Counted from the first letter of the stretch, positions 14,501-26,721 are shown. The stretch: 64,000 bases of DNA from Phoronis australis (GCA_002633005.1 NMRA01000700.1:131937-195936); one strand, 5' to 3'. A program made the numbers and translations. The notes: a model not told the origin generated them from the letters alone.

Positions 14501-17500
14501 GAATAGTCACAAACACTGTAAGTCCGTTTGTGGAGCCTTTCGCAAAAAGTTTGCCGCCGTTCGGAACGGAAATGAATGTTGGTGTGGTGACGAAATCTTT
14601 GGAAATAGTTGGAAGGAAGGAAATGACTGCAACGAGCCATGTACTGGAAATCCGTTGGAAAAATGCGGAAGTGATGGTAGCGGAATGTTTATAATGCATT
14701 CAGAACGCGACGGTAAGTATTACCTAACCTTTGTCTATTTGTATTTCATGATATTGGAGATTGCCCTTACCCTCTTGAGATCGTTGCAGAATATACTCCT
14801 GGTTAAAATTGATCTTCACCTGCCTTCACCTGTGTCACCTGAATTAATAATGTGACCTTTTGCCTTGAGAATAGTTTATAGTGAATAAACCGAAACGTCA
14901 GATCAATATGTCTTTGTTTTATTACGCAGCTCTAATACGAGTCCAAAATACGAACAAAAACCATGCGCATAAACCATAAAAATCACGTATACGAACACTA
15001 ATCATACGCGACAGCAACCGAGCCTTATGCACAAACCGCATGGTTATCAGTGTTCGTGCGTATTCTTCTGTGCTCCTGGGTAAAATTTTGTGTTCGCATA
15101 TATGATATTTGTGGTTTGTGCGCATGACTTTTGTTTGTATGCGTGATTTTTGGGTTCGTCTGAATGATTCATAGGTTCTTAGGAGGTTTGTGAGTAAGAT
15201 GCTTTGCTCGTGCGTATGATTCTACGACACCCCAATAAATTTGCAGGAAAATGTATTCAAGAAACCATGAACAATTGTTCGTTCTCCTGATAGCATTTAC
15301 AGCGTCATGCTCTAAATTCGTGCGTTAAAGGTGTCATGTGAATTAGCAACAATTGTCTTTATAAATTCAGCAAGCGAAACTTTCTGCCAAAGCACCCAAA
15401 ATGATTGAACTAGTGACGTATTTCCCCGACATTTTTTGGTTTCCAGTAGTATTCGTACCTAGTATTCTGAAATATTTTTTCGTTCTCTACTCGTTTGTTG
15501 GCCGAGTACCTGCTGCTCACGCAGCCTTCCTCATTAGGGCGGGGAGCCTAATCTGATCTACTAGAATTAAAGTAATTTTCCTGAAGTTATACTTCATTGT
15601 GAGTAGAATTGGGACATCCTGTGAATCGTGTGTCACTAGGAATAAAGAACTGGGTTAACCAGAGTTTGAAACGGGATTTAAAAGCAGGCTAAGGACTGTA
15701 CGGCCTTATCTTTTCAAAATATTCATCACATGCCACATTGCATGTTCATTGTGTCCCAACTGTGGCTTGGAGGCCGAGACTATTCAACATTTGCCCTGCG
15801 TACAATAGACACTGTAAACTACTACTTGATGGACACAGAACCTGCCCGATTCATTACACCGTTATTTCATAGAGGTATAGTAGTCTTTCAGTATTTCTGA
15901 AACAAGCAGGAGGATTAGAAGATTCTAACCATGGAAATTCGGTAACGTCGTGTCCCCATGAGTCATAATCAGGTGACTAGTGTAATGGGCCCAACCTAGT
16001 GGCCTGAACACGCCTGATGTACCGCAAAAGGCATCAGGCCACGTACAACTTTTTTTCAAAACATTCTTTCAAAGCATGACGTAATAAAAGAATTTCCCCA
16101 AACCGGTCGACAGTAAAATGAATCTAGTCCTGTAATATTATATTATTCTTGTTTAAATACGTCAAAAACGCCGCGCAAAAATAAACATGTGTAACAAATC
16201 GAAAGTAACGATTGCTAAATAAAGCAAATGTTCGGTCATGCCTTTGTTGCCCAGCTGCATCATGTAGAGACACCATAATTTTATGTCGTACCCACTGTGG
16301 CAAAACCAACATACTACATGTATGAACTTCATTATCAACTGACAAGACGCTGTTTAGGAAGAGCATTCCCCGATCTAAGTACAGATCATTTCAATACCTC
16401 AAACATTTCCGTACACCGCTATTTGCAGTGTAGACAGGCTTACGCTTTGCTCGCAAGCATTCCATCACGTCACCATGAATACTATCATTGCGTTGTAAAT
16501 TCACTAATTCGGTGTTTGGTAGGGCAGGGAATGACAACAAAGTGTCCAACCCACACCGTGTAGTAACACCACAAAGCAAAGCCTGGCCGTGATCAGGTCA
16601 CACTATTCTTGACAGCGCGTCGGCATCTAAGTTCGACTTACCAATCTTGTACACAATCGCTAACTCAGAAACCCACCTCTGGGAGAATGCATCAAGCTTA
16701 GTTGTAGTCAGGGTTATTGTCGGTGTAAACTACAACTGGCAAACTGCCGTATAGGTAATCGTGAAACTTAGACGTCATGGCCACTTAAGAGCCAGAAACT
16801 AAAGTTTATGTACTGAATAACGTTTTTCGGCTTCACTCAAACAATGACTCGCTAAAGCAATGGGTCCATTGAACCACGAGCTCCTAATAAAACACGGCAC
16901 CTAACGACGTCATACTGGCGTTAGAGAAAATGGCTGTGTAAAGTCAGCTAATGCCAGCACCCGGCTTCTCGTGCACCTGCGTTAAAGTTCGTGAAAGCAT
17001 ACTGTTATTCATCACCCCCAAACAGTTCATATGGGTCATCAGAACACGTAAGACCAGTTACGCCCTTAGTAAGTGCATGAATTGATGCAAAGTCTTGAAT
17101 AAAGCGACGGTAAATACCTACTAAATCTAAAAAAAATCAAGTCTTTCACACACTTTGGAACAGGCCAATCCAACAGAAGCTCTATCTTATCGGGATTACA
17201 TTAAGAAAACACGTGATCAAAATGCACAGTTCGCTGCTTAAAGAACTCACATTTTGACGTTTTAAGTTTCCTACCAAGCTCACGTACGCGTTGGAGCACA
17301 TTTCTCAAGCGGGTGAGATGATTGTCAAATGTATCACTAAGTACCAAAATATCGTCCAATAATATGAAACTCTTAGACAAATACAAGTACCCATACACAT
17401 TTCCATCACTTGTTGAAACGTTGCAGGAGCATTGGTTAACCCAAACAGAAGTAGAATGCACTCGTAAAATCCGAGTGGAGCTACAATGAATTCTGTTTTA

Positions 17501-20500
17501 CGTCTATATTATTCTGCTTTATCTACCTTCCAGTAAGCAGATTCCGTGTCAAAGGTTGAAAATTATTGAGAACTTTGTAGCGTATGCAAACTTTCGATCG
17601 CACTAGGCAAAGCATAAACATCGTTTAGCGCACCCTTGAATAAGAGCGCATCGCTCGAAACGTGGGGGATATTTTAATATATTTTAGTACCGATTCTCGT
17701 CGTTTTAGCTTTACTAGTTTTACTATTTCATATCAATTACCATGGTCTCGTTCAATTTACGAAAATCAAAGCAAAATCGCAACTCTCCATACTATTTAGG
17801 TACTAAAACAATACTGGAAGCATACGGGCTAGTGGACAATCTGATAACCTCCAGTTGCAACATATCCTTTAAGTGAACTTCATCTAACATGTTAGGAGGT
17901 ATAGAGCGGTCAAATGTATTTTATACTGGACCTGAGTAACATGACCAAGATCGAAATGATTCTGCGCAAAAATATCATGATATTCTTTAAGTAAGCTTAC
18001 CGCTCGGGCGCGCAGCTCAATACCTAAATCAACTGAATCAGAACACGGAATTTCAGCTGCCATTTGATCCACCGGTACCAAGCTGCAAATGCTTGAACCA
18101 GCCGGAACTGTAACAGACGTACATGTACAACCCAAATTCGTGACTCGAACATGAATCGTACGATCCCCCTCATACAATGCGGGCCATACATGTACCTTAA
18201 AGTTACCAGGAAGTGACAGTGAACCACACTTTTCGGTGTAAACTACAAGATGTACATGTATAGCTGTGCTCGTTTTTGGCGGGGTACTGTCATGATTCCT
18301 AATCATGTGAGGAAGATCACTGTTAGTATCCAAACTATTTAATTATTTTTAGATTTGGGAGCCAACACAAATCAGAAAAAAACTTCCATGAGCGTCACGC
18401 GTTGTATTGCCATTTGAAGCTCAGATATTTTCCGATGTTCGTGAGATATCAATCACGGATTTAACAAAAACCACTCAAGGCAGATTTTTTTTTGGTTTAC
18501 GGTTCAATAGAACATAGTTTCTTCTTTTTGGTTTACGGTTCAATAGAACATAGTATCTTCATAATTTTTTAATACATTTATTGCCCAGACAACATCACGT
18601 AGCCAGTCTGAGGTTGTGTGCCTCAGTTCTGGCTCTAACAAAATTATTAGTCGGTGGCCCAGATTTCGTAGAGCCTCTAGAAAATGTTTTTGTGAGTACT
18701 TTAGGGGAGCAATTTTATTTTGGTGTTTTTTAATTCATTTATTAGAGTGCTTTCAAATTCTAAAAAGTTCCCACATATAAAGTTGCACATTTTTGAGAAA
18801 TTAGAGTTTGAAGTTACCTAATAATCACCAAAGAGCTTAGTAAACTTATATTTGTAAAAACAACAGTTTTGGTGACTTTTTTGTAAAACAAGTAATATGG
18901 TCCCATCAGTGCCATTGTATTGAACAATATTACACTCACATTACATGTTTTACTATTGTAGATTAATTGTAAGCAGTGAAATTAAAAAAAAATGTAAAGA
19001 GACACCTAGTGGCAAAAAATGCAAACTAAGTCTGAATGCTACTAGGAAGTTATTCTGGCATTGTCAGGCAACAAAAATAACACAAAACACTTGAGACGGG
19101 GCAGAATTTGTGCCTCAATGACTAAAACATTGAATAATGGTGTAAAATACAGCTTGTTTGCATAATACACCAGAAATACGTTATAGTACGAAAACAATAT
19201 AGTTGAATGATCTCTGTGAATGTGCAAAAAGACTGTATGAAAATAATACAATATTCTGACAGCGTTTATCAAGCAGTATGAGACAAATACATGACAATGA
19301 TCAAAGTATGTACTTTCTATGACTTAATCAACAAATAAAATTAATTTTTTAGTTCAAAAAAGGAAATAACGGGGTTGGAGGTCTACTTAGGTGTTGACTT
19401 GTCAGAGAACTATCCAATGTTATGCAGTCAGTGTTGCTGATGTTACTACAGTTGTCACAACTGCACATTTCTGTTCAGTTTGATCCAGCATTGCACTACA
19501 AACTCAGTTTCCCAGCACACATGTACAGCACTGCACACTGGTGATTAGCCCACAGGCAATGGAGGGTAAAAAATCCTTGTTTGGAGGCAGGCACTATTTT
19601 GGCAAACGTTTGATTCAAGATATGTTATAATGGGCTGTGTTAATTAGAGTCAGCAAGTGAATTATTGAACACTAGCTTCATTTCACTTTCGTATCTCTTA
19701 GTCGGGCACAAACTACAACAGTGAGTAGCTTCAACAATATTTCTTAAGATTGCCTGTCCAAATAACTTCATGCACACCCGCTTTCTGAAGAACAGCTTCA
19801 AAGTCTTGCTTTAGTTTTGAAAGGCAAATGACATCTACTTGTCTTAGAAGCTTCGATTCAATGAACTCCAAACAAAACTGCAGAAAAACATCTCTGAAAA
19901 CTGTGAATTCGTCACTCCTCACAATCGTTGTCTTTCTATTTTTTATAGCATGATGATCTGTGGTACTTGGCTTCTAAGACACAAGGTCTTTATCTTTGAA
20001 TTTCATTTGCATATTCAGGGCTCTGGACTGAGCTGTTGCTTGCGATACAAGTGCAACTGAAAAAAACCCGAACTGTTAACACATTCAACTATGAATGAGT
20101 TGGCATGCAACTTTTTCAGACGGACTTATCAGGAACTGATCCACCACCAGCCTAACAAATTTACATGCCGTCTGATCTGTAGCCTAATAATGTTGATCGT
20201 CTAATAATTAGATCAGTTGATGCAACTGAAAATAAATTAGCTGATATACAAGTGCAGTGATTGAAATTTAATTGTTTTAAATCAGATGCTCAAACCATAG
20301 TCAATCGATTAACACTTAAGGTAATCGACGTGTGACAAAATGGACAGTGGCTTCCATCGTCCTCAAATTTCGACGGCGACGATGGCCACTTACGCACTTT
20401 AATTTAATTATCATTGCAGCTACATAAGTAATTAATGTTTACAAAAAATTGAGACTACGGCAGGGGATGACGGCCACTTGGCCATGTTGTTTGCAACCAT

Positions 20501-22924
20501 CTACTCCATTTAACCTTCTCAAAAATTTTTGACTCAAAGTGCTTTAAAATCACACCCACATTATAACGCCATAGGATTATCCCTTAGCGCAAGCAGTGTC
20601 GATGTGGCAACTGAATGGAGTGTTCGAAAAACAGGATTGCAGGAGTATTTGTTTAAACTGGGAACAAATGAAAACATTAACGACCTCCTCAGAGGCATCT
20701 CTCTACGCGGTACNNNNNNNNNNNNNNNNNNNNNNNNNNNNNNNNNNNNNNNNNNNNNNNNNNNNNNNNNNNNNNNNNNNNNNNNNNNNNNNNNNNNNNN
20801 NNNNNNNNNNNNNNNNNNNNNNNNNNNNNNNNNNNNNNNNNNNNNNNNNNNNNNNNNNNNNNNNNNNNNNNNNNNNNNNNNNNNNNNNNNNNNNNNNNNN
20901 NNNNNNNNNNNNNNNNNNNNNNNNNNNNNNNNNNNNNNNNNNNNNNNNNNNNNNNNNNNNNNNNNNNNNNNNNNNNNNNNNNNNNNNNNNNNNNNNNNNN
21001 NNNNNNNNNNNNNNNNNNNNNNNNNNNNNNNNNNNNNNNNNNNNNNNNNNNNNNNNNNNNNNNNNNNNNNNNNNNNNNNNNNNNNNNNNNNNNNNNNNNN
21101 NNNNNNNNNNNNNNNNNNNNNNNNNNNNNNNNNNNNNNNNNNNNNNNNNNNNNNNNNNNNNNNNNNNNNNNNNNNNNNNNNNNNNNNNATCAGCAGTGCT
21201 CTTTCAATGACTTTGCAATAATAGACCAGGCAGTAACAACAAAGGAGCTTAAAATTCGTGAGGCTTTACATATCAGTTGGTGCAAGCCCAATCTCAATAG
21301 GCAACTGACACACCACAGGTTGTCATTGTTGGTATAGTTCATTGTCACTCCCTGTAACTGACTGTATCTGTGCTTCATTACTTGTTGCTGGGCCTAGCTA
21401 GGTGGCCACTGTATTATGACTTCTGAGGATGGTGTTTAATAAATGACACCGAAACATGTCAAGTTTTAAATCCGTTGTTGTTTTCGTGAACATATGCTGT
21501 TACTTGCTATCATGGAAATCCCACACAAGATTTTTATTTTCGAAGTTGGCATACATTCTTCTGCGTGCGGCAAGACAAGCATTTATTTTTTTTTAACCAG
21601 GGTCATCAAGATAACTATTATTACACTTCCATAATCCCGGATCACGTTTTTGATATTTGGAAATTTCAATAGTCAATACTACGGCAGAGTGGTCAGAGAA
21701 TACGAAGTCGTTAATAATGTCAACCTGTTTTGTCAAGAACGTTCAAGGAACCAGCCAATAGTCGATTCTACTTTGACATGCTATTTGTTTGTCACGCCAT
21801 ATGTACATGTACTTTCTTATACCAGGTTTTTCCCGCCATACATCGAAGATATTGTTGACATATCCAATTTTTTAAATTTTTTGACTAACTTGGAATTTTG
21901 TAGAAAAATCAAGTTAACCTTTTTTATCCAAACCTGACAGTGGACAGTTGAAATCGCCTGCGCATAGAATTTTAATATCATGAGCAGTTTTGAATACTAC
22001 ATTGCCCAACCTTTCCACAAAGTCAAACTGTTTTCTTGTTAGTTAGGATCATTTGCATTGTTCCACTTCAATTGAATTTCAGAAAGAGATCATGGACTTT
22101 TGATTGCTGAAGGATGCTACATCGGTGGTAAATCTATAGATCGCACACCACTTTTGAACCCGAGTGACGACCAACCACTCGCAACAGAATTAAACTTCAA
22201 AACTTTGGGCCCTATATACAACCACAAGATGACAAGGGAATTATGCAAACACACGTGTAAGGAGATCGGATGCAAACTAGCAGGAGTCACAAATGGGAAC
22301 GAGTGCTGGTGTGGAACTATGTTTAATCCCAAAGTCTGGCTGACTGACGACGACAAATGTAATGTGGCGTGTGCAGGAAATCCTGGACAGACTTGTGGAT
22401 CAGCGTTAGGTGTGTTCATCATGGATTCTGGTCTGGAAGGTAGGTTGTGCAAGACATTTCGATGTAAGTGGTACCTTACATCCCAGGGTGCTCTCTCCAT
22501 TTGTCGGCTAAAAAACTGTGTAACACGTCGACCAGCATTAACAGTTGTGTAGTAATAAACTCCAATACAAATCTATGATCCCGTCATTTTGGTAGACTTT
22601 AAAATGACCTTATCGCTTTGCAACCAAAAAGGCATTTTGGGGCGGGTAAAATAGATATATTGGGGTTATCAGCTTTCACCAGAACAATGCATACGACACA
22701 AACAGTTGTGTTTTCGTGATTTTATTATCAATTTTCGCTCTTGTCTGTCATTTTTGTTGAAAATGCTTTTTTATTTCAATAAGCTTAGAGCACTCACATT
22801 TAAGAGATTTACTTAACTCAGTATGCATTAATTCATTTACTATTTAATTTATTTTTCAGGTCAGAGCACGCGTTTCGTGGATTTCCCTCCCAGTTTGCAA
22901 TTTCACGAAGCAATCAAGTTTTAA
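5547..22924 (+). CDS. Gene A: secreted triple-WSC-domain protein, join(5547-5580,10228-10272,11894-12232,14422-14712,22083-22439,22860-22924), 376 aa
   Basis: All junctions are GT-AG and phase 1. The joined frame is open (1131 nt). N-terminus MKNKHARMFGLDVTGIYFLSVLITVKG|F is signal-peptide-like, followed by three 8-Cys WSC-pattern domains (GCY..CxxxC..NGxxCWCG..C..CxGN..CG). Exon-by-exon paralog of gene B. Confidence 0.85.
6216..7395 (-). mobile_element. 5'-truncated, frameshifted RTE-clade LINE (RT domain plus 3' end)
   Basis: Minus strand gives QAGFRKSYSTTDHL..FIDYEKPFD, VRQGDPISPKLF, LRFADD, and YGCQTW..MERKMLG..KWRWGGH..DNRWTKR..WQPR. Ends in a (GAA)n-like tail at ~6216-6230. Lies in intron 1 of gene A. 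Confidence 0.92.
10228..10272 (+). CDS. Gene A exon 2 (DVTGIYFLSVLITVK-G; signal peptide h/c-region)
   Basis: TTTATTTTTAG acceptor, AG|GTACGT donor, 45 nt, phase 1-1, hydrophobic. Counterpart of gene B exon 2. Confidence 0.72.
10360..11316 (+). mobile_element. Non-autonomous TIR element (family A, ends with GGGTCGA repeats and GGTTTTAGAGCAAT)
   Basis: Shares blocks such as CTCTGGCTCAAGTC and GAGCGTGCTATCGTTG with 61310-62085, 60510-61290 (inverted) and 30226-30510. Left boundary approximate. Confidence 0.7.
11894..12232 (+). CDS. Gene A exon 3, WSC domain 1
   Basis: TTTTGCTTCCAG acceptor, G|GTATGT donor, 339 nt. IGCYKD..CRSSC..YKYAALQNGDTCWCGNDYGRYG..C..CIGNPREHCGG is a canonical WSC pattern. 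Confidence 0.92.
13128..13400. repeat. Diverged minisatellite with (T)ACCAAATGGG-like core
   Basis: ACCAGATGGG, ACCAAATGCG, ACTAAATGGG, ACCAACTGGG, ACCAAATGGG (x2) and GCCAACTGGG recur at short intervals. Confidence 0.5.
14422..14712 (+). CDS. Gene A exon 4, WSC domain 2
   Basis: TTTTTCTACAG acceptor, G|GTAAGT donor, 291 nt. KCWNVD..HCKSVC..FAAVRNGNECWCGD..CNEPCTGNPLEKCG. Confidence 0.92.
14925..15225. repeat. Fold-back, MITE-like element made of short diverged tandem units in inverted orientation
   Basis: Left-half units (ATGCGCATAAACCA, CACGTATACGAACAC) are reverse complements of right-half units (TGGTTTGTGCGCAT, TGTTCGTGCGTAT). Confidence 0.55.
15590..15930 (+). mobile_element. 3' fragment of an I/Nimb-like LINE (C-terminal CCHC knuckle)
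   Basis: Degenerate translation RLRTV..LF....LCPNCGLEAETIQH..CPAY matches the CxxC..ETxxH...CP terminal motif of non-LTR ORF2 proteins. Clade assignment tentative. Confidence 0.6.
16590..18330 (-). mobile_element. Decayed Ty3/gypsy LTR-retrotransposon pol (RT-RNaseH) remnant
   Basis: Minus strand gives LLKEYHDIFA..DLG, TSPYASSIVLV, FSTFDTESAYW, LDDILV..HLTRLRNVLQR..KCEFF, FLDLVGIYRRFIQDFA, FLALKW, TDNNP and YKIGKSNLDADALSR, with many frameshifts. Confidence 0.9.
18370..20060 (-). mobile_element. Probable second decayed Academ-like DNA transposon (boundaries uncertain)
   Basis: Minus strand at ~19440-19550 reads C..C..KLSL*C..G..*TEMCSCDNCSN, like the Cys-rich tail of these transposases. 19731-19922 (VICLSKLKQDF..GNLKK) resembles their N-terminal region. 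TIRs not resolved. Confidence 0.45.
20714..21188. other. Assembly gap (N run) in intron 4 of gene A
   Basis: Run of N. Confidence 0.99.
21189..21480 (+). mobile_element. 3' end of a Penelope-like element (GIY-YIG endonuclease C-terminus plus terminal repeat region)
   Basis: 21191-21337 encodes QQCSFNDFAIIDQAVTTKELKIREALHISWCKPNLNRQLTHHRLSLLV*, the F.I......L.I.EAL.I....P.LN.Q motif of PLE GIY-YIG domains. A hammerhead motif follows. Confidence 0.85.
21418..21465 (+). ncRNA. Minimal type I hammerhead ribozyme
   Basis: GACTT-CTGAGGA-T-GGTGT-ttaataaatg-ACACC-GAAA-CAT-GTC-AAGTT. Conserved CUGANGA and GAAA boxes, 5-bp stem II, palindromic ACATGT stem III, GUC cleavage triplet (after 21460), stem I GACTT/AAGTT. 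Typical PLE context. Confidence 0.8.
22083..22439 (+). CDS. Gene A exon 5, WSC domain 3
   Basis: TTTCAG acceptor, AG|GTAGGT donor, 357 nt. AEGCY..MTRELCKHTC..LAGVTNGNECWCG..CNVACAGNPGQTCG. Confidence 0.92.
22860..22924 (+). CDS. Gene A probable terminal exon (GQSTRFVDFPPSLQFHEAIKF*)
   Basis: Strong TTTATTTTTCAG acceptor 420 nt after exon 5. Phase-1 frame open to TAA 22922-22924. AATAAA at ~23202. No homologous exon in gene B. Confidence 0.55.
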
Positions 22925-25296
22925 AAAGCCCGTTTAGATTCCATGTTTACTTGTACGAAGGCACAGCGTTACACGAACTTCTACAGCAAGAATCACTGAA
23001 GTCTGAACTACGAGCCGGCAATCGGTCGCCGACAGGTTGCAGAAAAAATCAGCCGACGTGATAAATGTGTTAGGCCTATTGCGGACTTCTCTGTTGACTG
23101 TAGTATCGATTTCAATGCTAGTTGTAGAATATATCCTTTCAAAAACTGCCGTTGTTGCGCCCCTTCCACACATATTATTCCCTTAAATTCGACTCCAGTA
23201 TAATAAATGATTCGTTGAATGATAATGTTATGATTTGCAAATCTCGGAGTTCCGATCCAAGTCACGTCCACCGTGGCATCCTAGCTAATGACTCATTACA
23301 GATCGTTGCTAGGCTGCTCGCAGTCGGCTAAAAAGTAGGTCTCTGACTCGTTGCCGACTTGTTGGAAAAATCCGTGACTCTAATTACACAGTATACATGC
23401 ATTGCCTGTATTTTTTGAAAGCAAGTTGTAGTTTCATTTTTTTTTCCACTGACAGCGATTAATTACAACGTTTATTACGGATATCAACACCCATTGCCAA
23501 TCCCACTGGCTCAGACATTATCATAAAGTGACACAATGCTAGCGTCGGTACACAAAGAGCTTTCTGGCGTTTTCTATGCTACGACTGCTTGTTGAATGTT
23601 AATGTTTGTACTAAACCCCCCAAAGATCGGCACAACGAAATCGTTAAAAACATCAATGCATCAAAAGAAGAGGTCCGCTTGGGAATTTGCTCTTTAGTAC
23701 ATCATTACCAGCAATCCTTTAAAATACTTCCAGTTAAATCTGATTTGAAAACATCGAAAACTAAGCAAAAGTCAAATTCACTGACAGTTGTCTATTGAGT
23801 TTTTGAAAATTTGCGTGCTGAACGCGTGCTGCGACGTTTTTTCCATCCCGGCGTTCTCAGACTCTCATTAGCAGTCTAGTCATGCTCTGTCTGCACCTGT
23901 TTATTCAAAATTTATTCGGGATTTCAACCAAGGTCTAGTGTCCAAGCGTACAGAGTGAAGCTGCTGGCCTTCAGCAGAGAGTCGTCTGACTACGGAAAAT
24001 GGCCAGTTGTCGCTCTGTGACATTTACTAATTAAAGGATGACGCCGTGTTGCAGCATGACAAAAAGCGAAATATCTCGTGTCAGCTTTTTATTCAAGTCT
24101 AATTTAGTACAATTTTAAAAACACATGGCTCACAAAAAGCAACATGAATCTTCTACCAGTGTAACTGACATGGCTTGAGGCAAATCATTTGAGAATATCC
24201 TTGAGTAACCTGCCTGGTGAGGGCTCGCATTTCACGCACACTTAAGAGTTTTAATACTTCGCTTGTGATGTAAGTGTCAGAAGGTCCTAACACATCAACA
24301 TGGAAAGACGTAACGGCAGTAAAGGCAGTAGCCAAAGCTGCAGCGACTTCCAAAATATTATGAAGACAACGCGAAATCGAAGTGTAAATGGGGCACTAAG
24401 AAGCGTGAGATAACAGCAAAGATGACCAGTGGAGCTGGCAAGCTAGTCTAACTTACACGGTCCTACAACTATCAATCCAACCACTTATACGGTAGGTGAT
24501 GGAAATACAAGCATCTGAGGGCAACCCAATGCGTATTTCAAAACTGAAAAAGATGAGATTATTTTGGAGCACATCCGAGCAGCGCCAAATTGGCACACTA
24601 GCTCTGGTAAGTTCTAGGCCTGCTTCAGGAGATTCGAAATGTATACTGCAATCACTAAGAGGAACGTATTTTACAAATACTGAGTAAAACTAAATGAACC
24701 ATCAAGGCTTGCAATGATCAGAGACTAAAAGATGGAAAACGTTCCAGGTGATGATATCGCCCCACAAATAAAGAGGCTTGTGTGATAGAATTATTTTCGT
24801 TTTGTAGTAAAATTTAACAGAAATAAACGTTTCTGTTAGAATAATGTCATGATAATTATTAAAAAGAGACAAAGAAAGAAGAAAAAGGAAATCTAATAAG
24901 AGAAAATTGAAACCAAAAAAGGAAATCCTCTTCAAAAAGGGAAATTCCATGCCTTGAACCATGTGTCATTTGTCTCGTGGGATACGTATACTGCATTTAC
25001 TTTGTATAGGGGCTAGAAAGCCAACGCAGGTTTATAATTTCCACAGTATAAAAAGCCACCTGAATATCACATCTCTTCATGGTTTCCTGGTTAAGGTGTT
25101 ATACAGTATGCGTCAGTTGGTACAATATGACGGGGAAAGAATTACAGCCGTTGAAATTCGTTCCCTGTCATTTAGCAGTGTCCGTGACAGATTGAGGAAC
25201 CAGAGGCGTGGAGGGTAATTAAGTCATCCAGGTGTTACATTCATGCGTTGAATACAAGAAATCGTATAATTCACTGTTACGCGGGTGAATGTCAAG

Positions 25297-25330
25297 ATGA
25301 AGATCATCCACTAACGAGTCTTCAGCCGCT
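25297..25330 (+). pseudogene. Dead copy of WSC-gene exon 1 (MKIIH*RVFSR)
   Basis: TGTCAAGATGAAG context identical to gene A, 34 nt to a GT, in-frame TAA at codon 6. Upstream CAGGTGTTACA present but the TATA segment is missing. Confidence 0.75.
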
Positions 25331-26077
25331 GTAAAAGTATTGCAAAGTAATTCATAGCAGCAGCATTATGATAATCGATCACCATTCTTACAACAGTCCA
25401 TGCGCGCACTCAGGGAGCTCANAGGAGATTCTAAATGTATACTGCAATCACTAAGAGGAAGGTATTTTACAAATACTGAATAAAACTAAATGAACCATCA
25501 GGGCTTGCAATGATCAGAGACTAAAAGATGGAAAACGTTCCAGGTGATGATATCGCCCCACATATAAATAGGTGTGATAGAATTATTTTCATTTTGTAGT
25601 AAAATTTAACAGAAATAAACTCTTATGTATGAATAATGTCAAAATAATTATTAAAAAGAGACAAAGAAAGAAGAAAAAGGAAATCAAATACGAGAAAATT
25701 ATAACCAAAAAATCCTGTTCCAAAAGGGAAATTCCAAGCCTTGAACCATGTGTCATTTGTCCCTTGGATACATAGACTGCATTTACTGTGTATAGTGGCT
25801 AGAAAGCTAACGCAGGACTTTAATTTTCACAGTATAAAATGCCACCTGAATATCACATCTCTTTATGGTTTCCTGGTTAAGGTGTTATTGGAGTCAGTTG
25901 GTACATTATGACGGGGAAAGGATTACAGCCCTTGAAATTCGTTCCCTGTCATTTGCCAGTGTCCGTGACAGATTCAGGAGCCAGATGCGTGGAGGGTAAT
26001 TAAGTCATCCAGGTGTTACATTCATGAGTTGAATACAGGAAATCGTATAATTCACTGTTACGTGGGTGAATGTCAAG

Positions 26078-26111
26078 ATGAAGATCAGGCACTAACGAGT
26101 CTTCAGCCTCT
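26078..26111 (+). pseudogene. Second dead copy of WSC-gene exon 1 (MKIRH*RVFSL)
   Basis: Same lesions as 25297-25330, in the second unit of the tandem duplication. RVFSL matches gene C exon 1. Confidence 0.75.
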
Positions 26112-26610
26112 GTAAAAGTATTGCAAAGTAATCCATAGCAGCAGCATTATGATAATCGATCACCATTCTTATAACAGTCCATGCGCATACTCAGGAGGCT
26201 CAAGGGATTCGAACAAGCAAAAAAGTCCGCCTTGGAGAAACAAAACGTCGGAGAAAACAAGACAAAAGTCCACAGAAACGCTGTTGTGCAAAGTTTTGGT
26301 CTCCATTTTTATAAATTTGGTCTTATTAGGATTTGGAACTTTACAGGCCCCGTTTTTGTGTTTTAAATTTCGGTTTTCCCATATCTTTTATGCCAATGTC
26401 TTCAAGCAAATAATCTTAAACTTTCCAGAAAAACGGGACTTTTTCATTTCTTGAAATTTTCAATTCGTCATATGTTATGTGTCCTTCTCGTTCACCTTTT
26501 TTGAAAGAATAAGGTTCTCTATTACTGTTATCAGTCTTTTGTTAATTTCTACATGTCACAGAAGTCGGGTCAGATTCGGGTGCAGAGGCGTGAACGGCAA
26601 TTAAATGACA

Positions 26611-26631
26611 CAGGTGTTACAACGGTATAAA
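26611..26631 (+). promoter_or_regulatory. Core promoter of WSC gene B
   Basis: CAGGTGTTACAACGGTATAAA, 20/21 identical to the gene A motif, ~60 nt upstream of ATG 26688. Confidence 0.75.
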
Positions 26632-26687
26632 TGGTCAGGATTCATATGAGTTATCGCACATTTCGCCGTTATGTAGGGGAACTCAAA

Positions 26688-26721
26688 ATGAAGAACAACC
26701 TCGCACGAATCGGCAGCCTAG
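26688..26721 (+). CDS. Gene B exon 1 (MKNNLARIGSL+1 nt)
   Basis: 34-nt ATG exon, AG|GTAATA donor, homologous to gene A exon 1. Confidence 0.78.

Larger units (their letters stand above)
24627..26205 (+). repeat. Tandem duplication of ~790 bp (24627-25421 / 25423-~26205)
   Basis: Both copies start AGGAGATTC(G/T)AAATGTATACTGCAATC and align throughout with scattered substitutions and indels. Single N at the junction (25422). Confidence 0.92.

Noticed and set aside
18488-18560. 36-bp direct tandem duplication
   Set aside because: Simple slippage duplication inside a decayed element.
20529-21221. ORFs of 138-230 aa spanning N runs (also 44850-45378)
   Set aside because: Open only because of assembly gaps.
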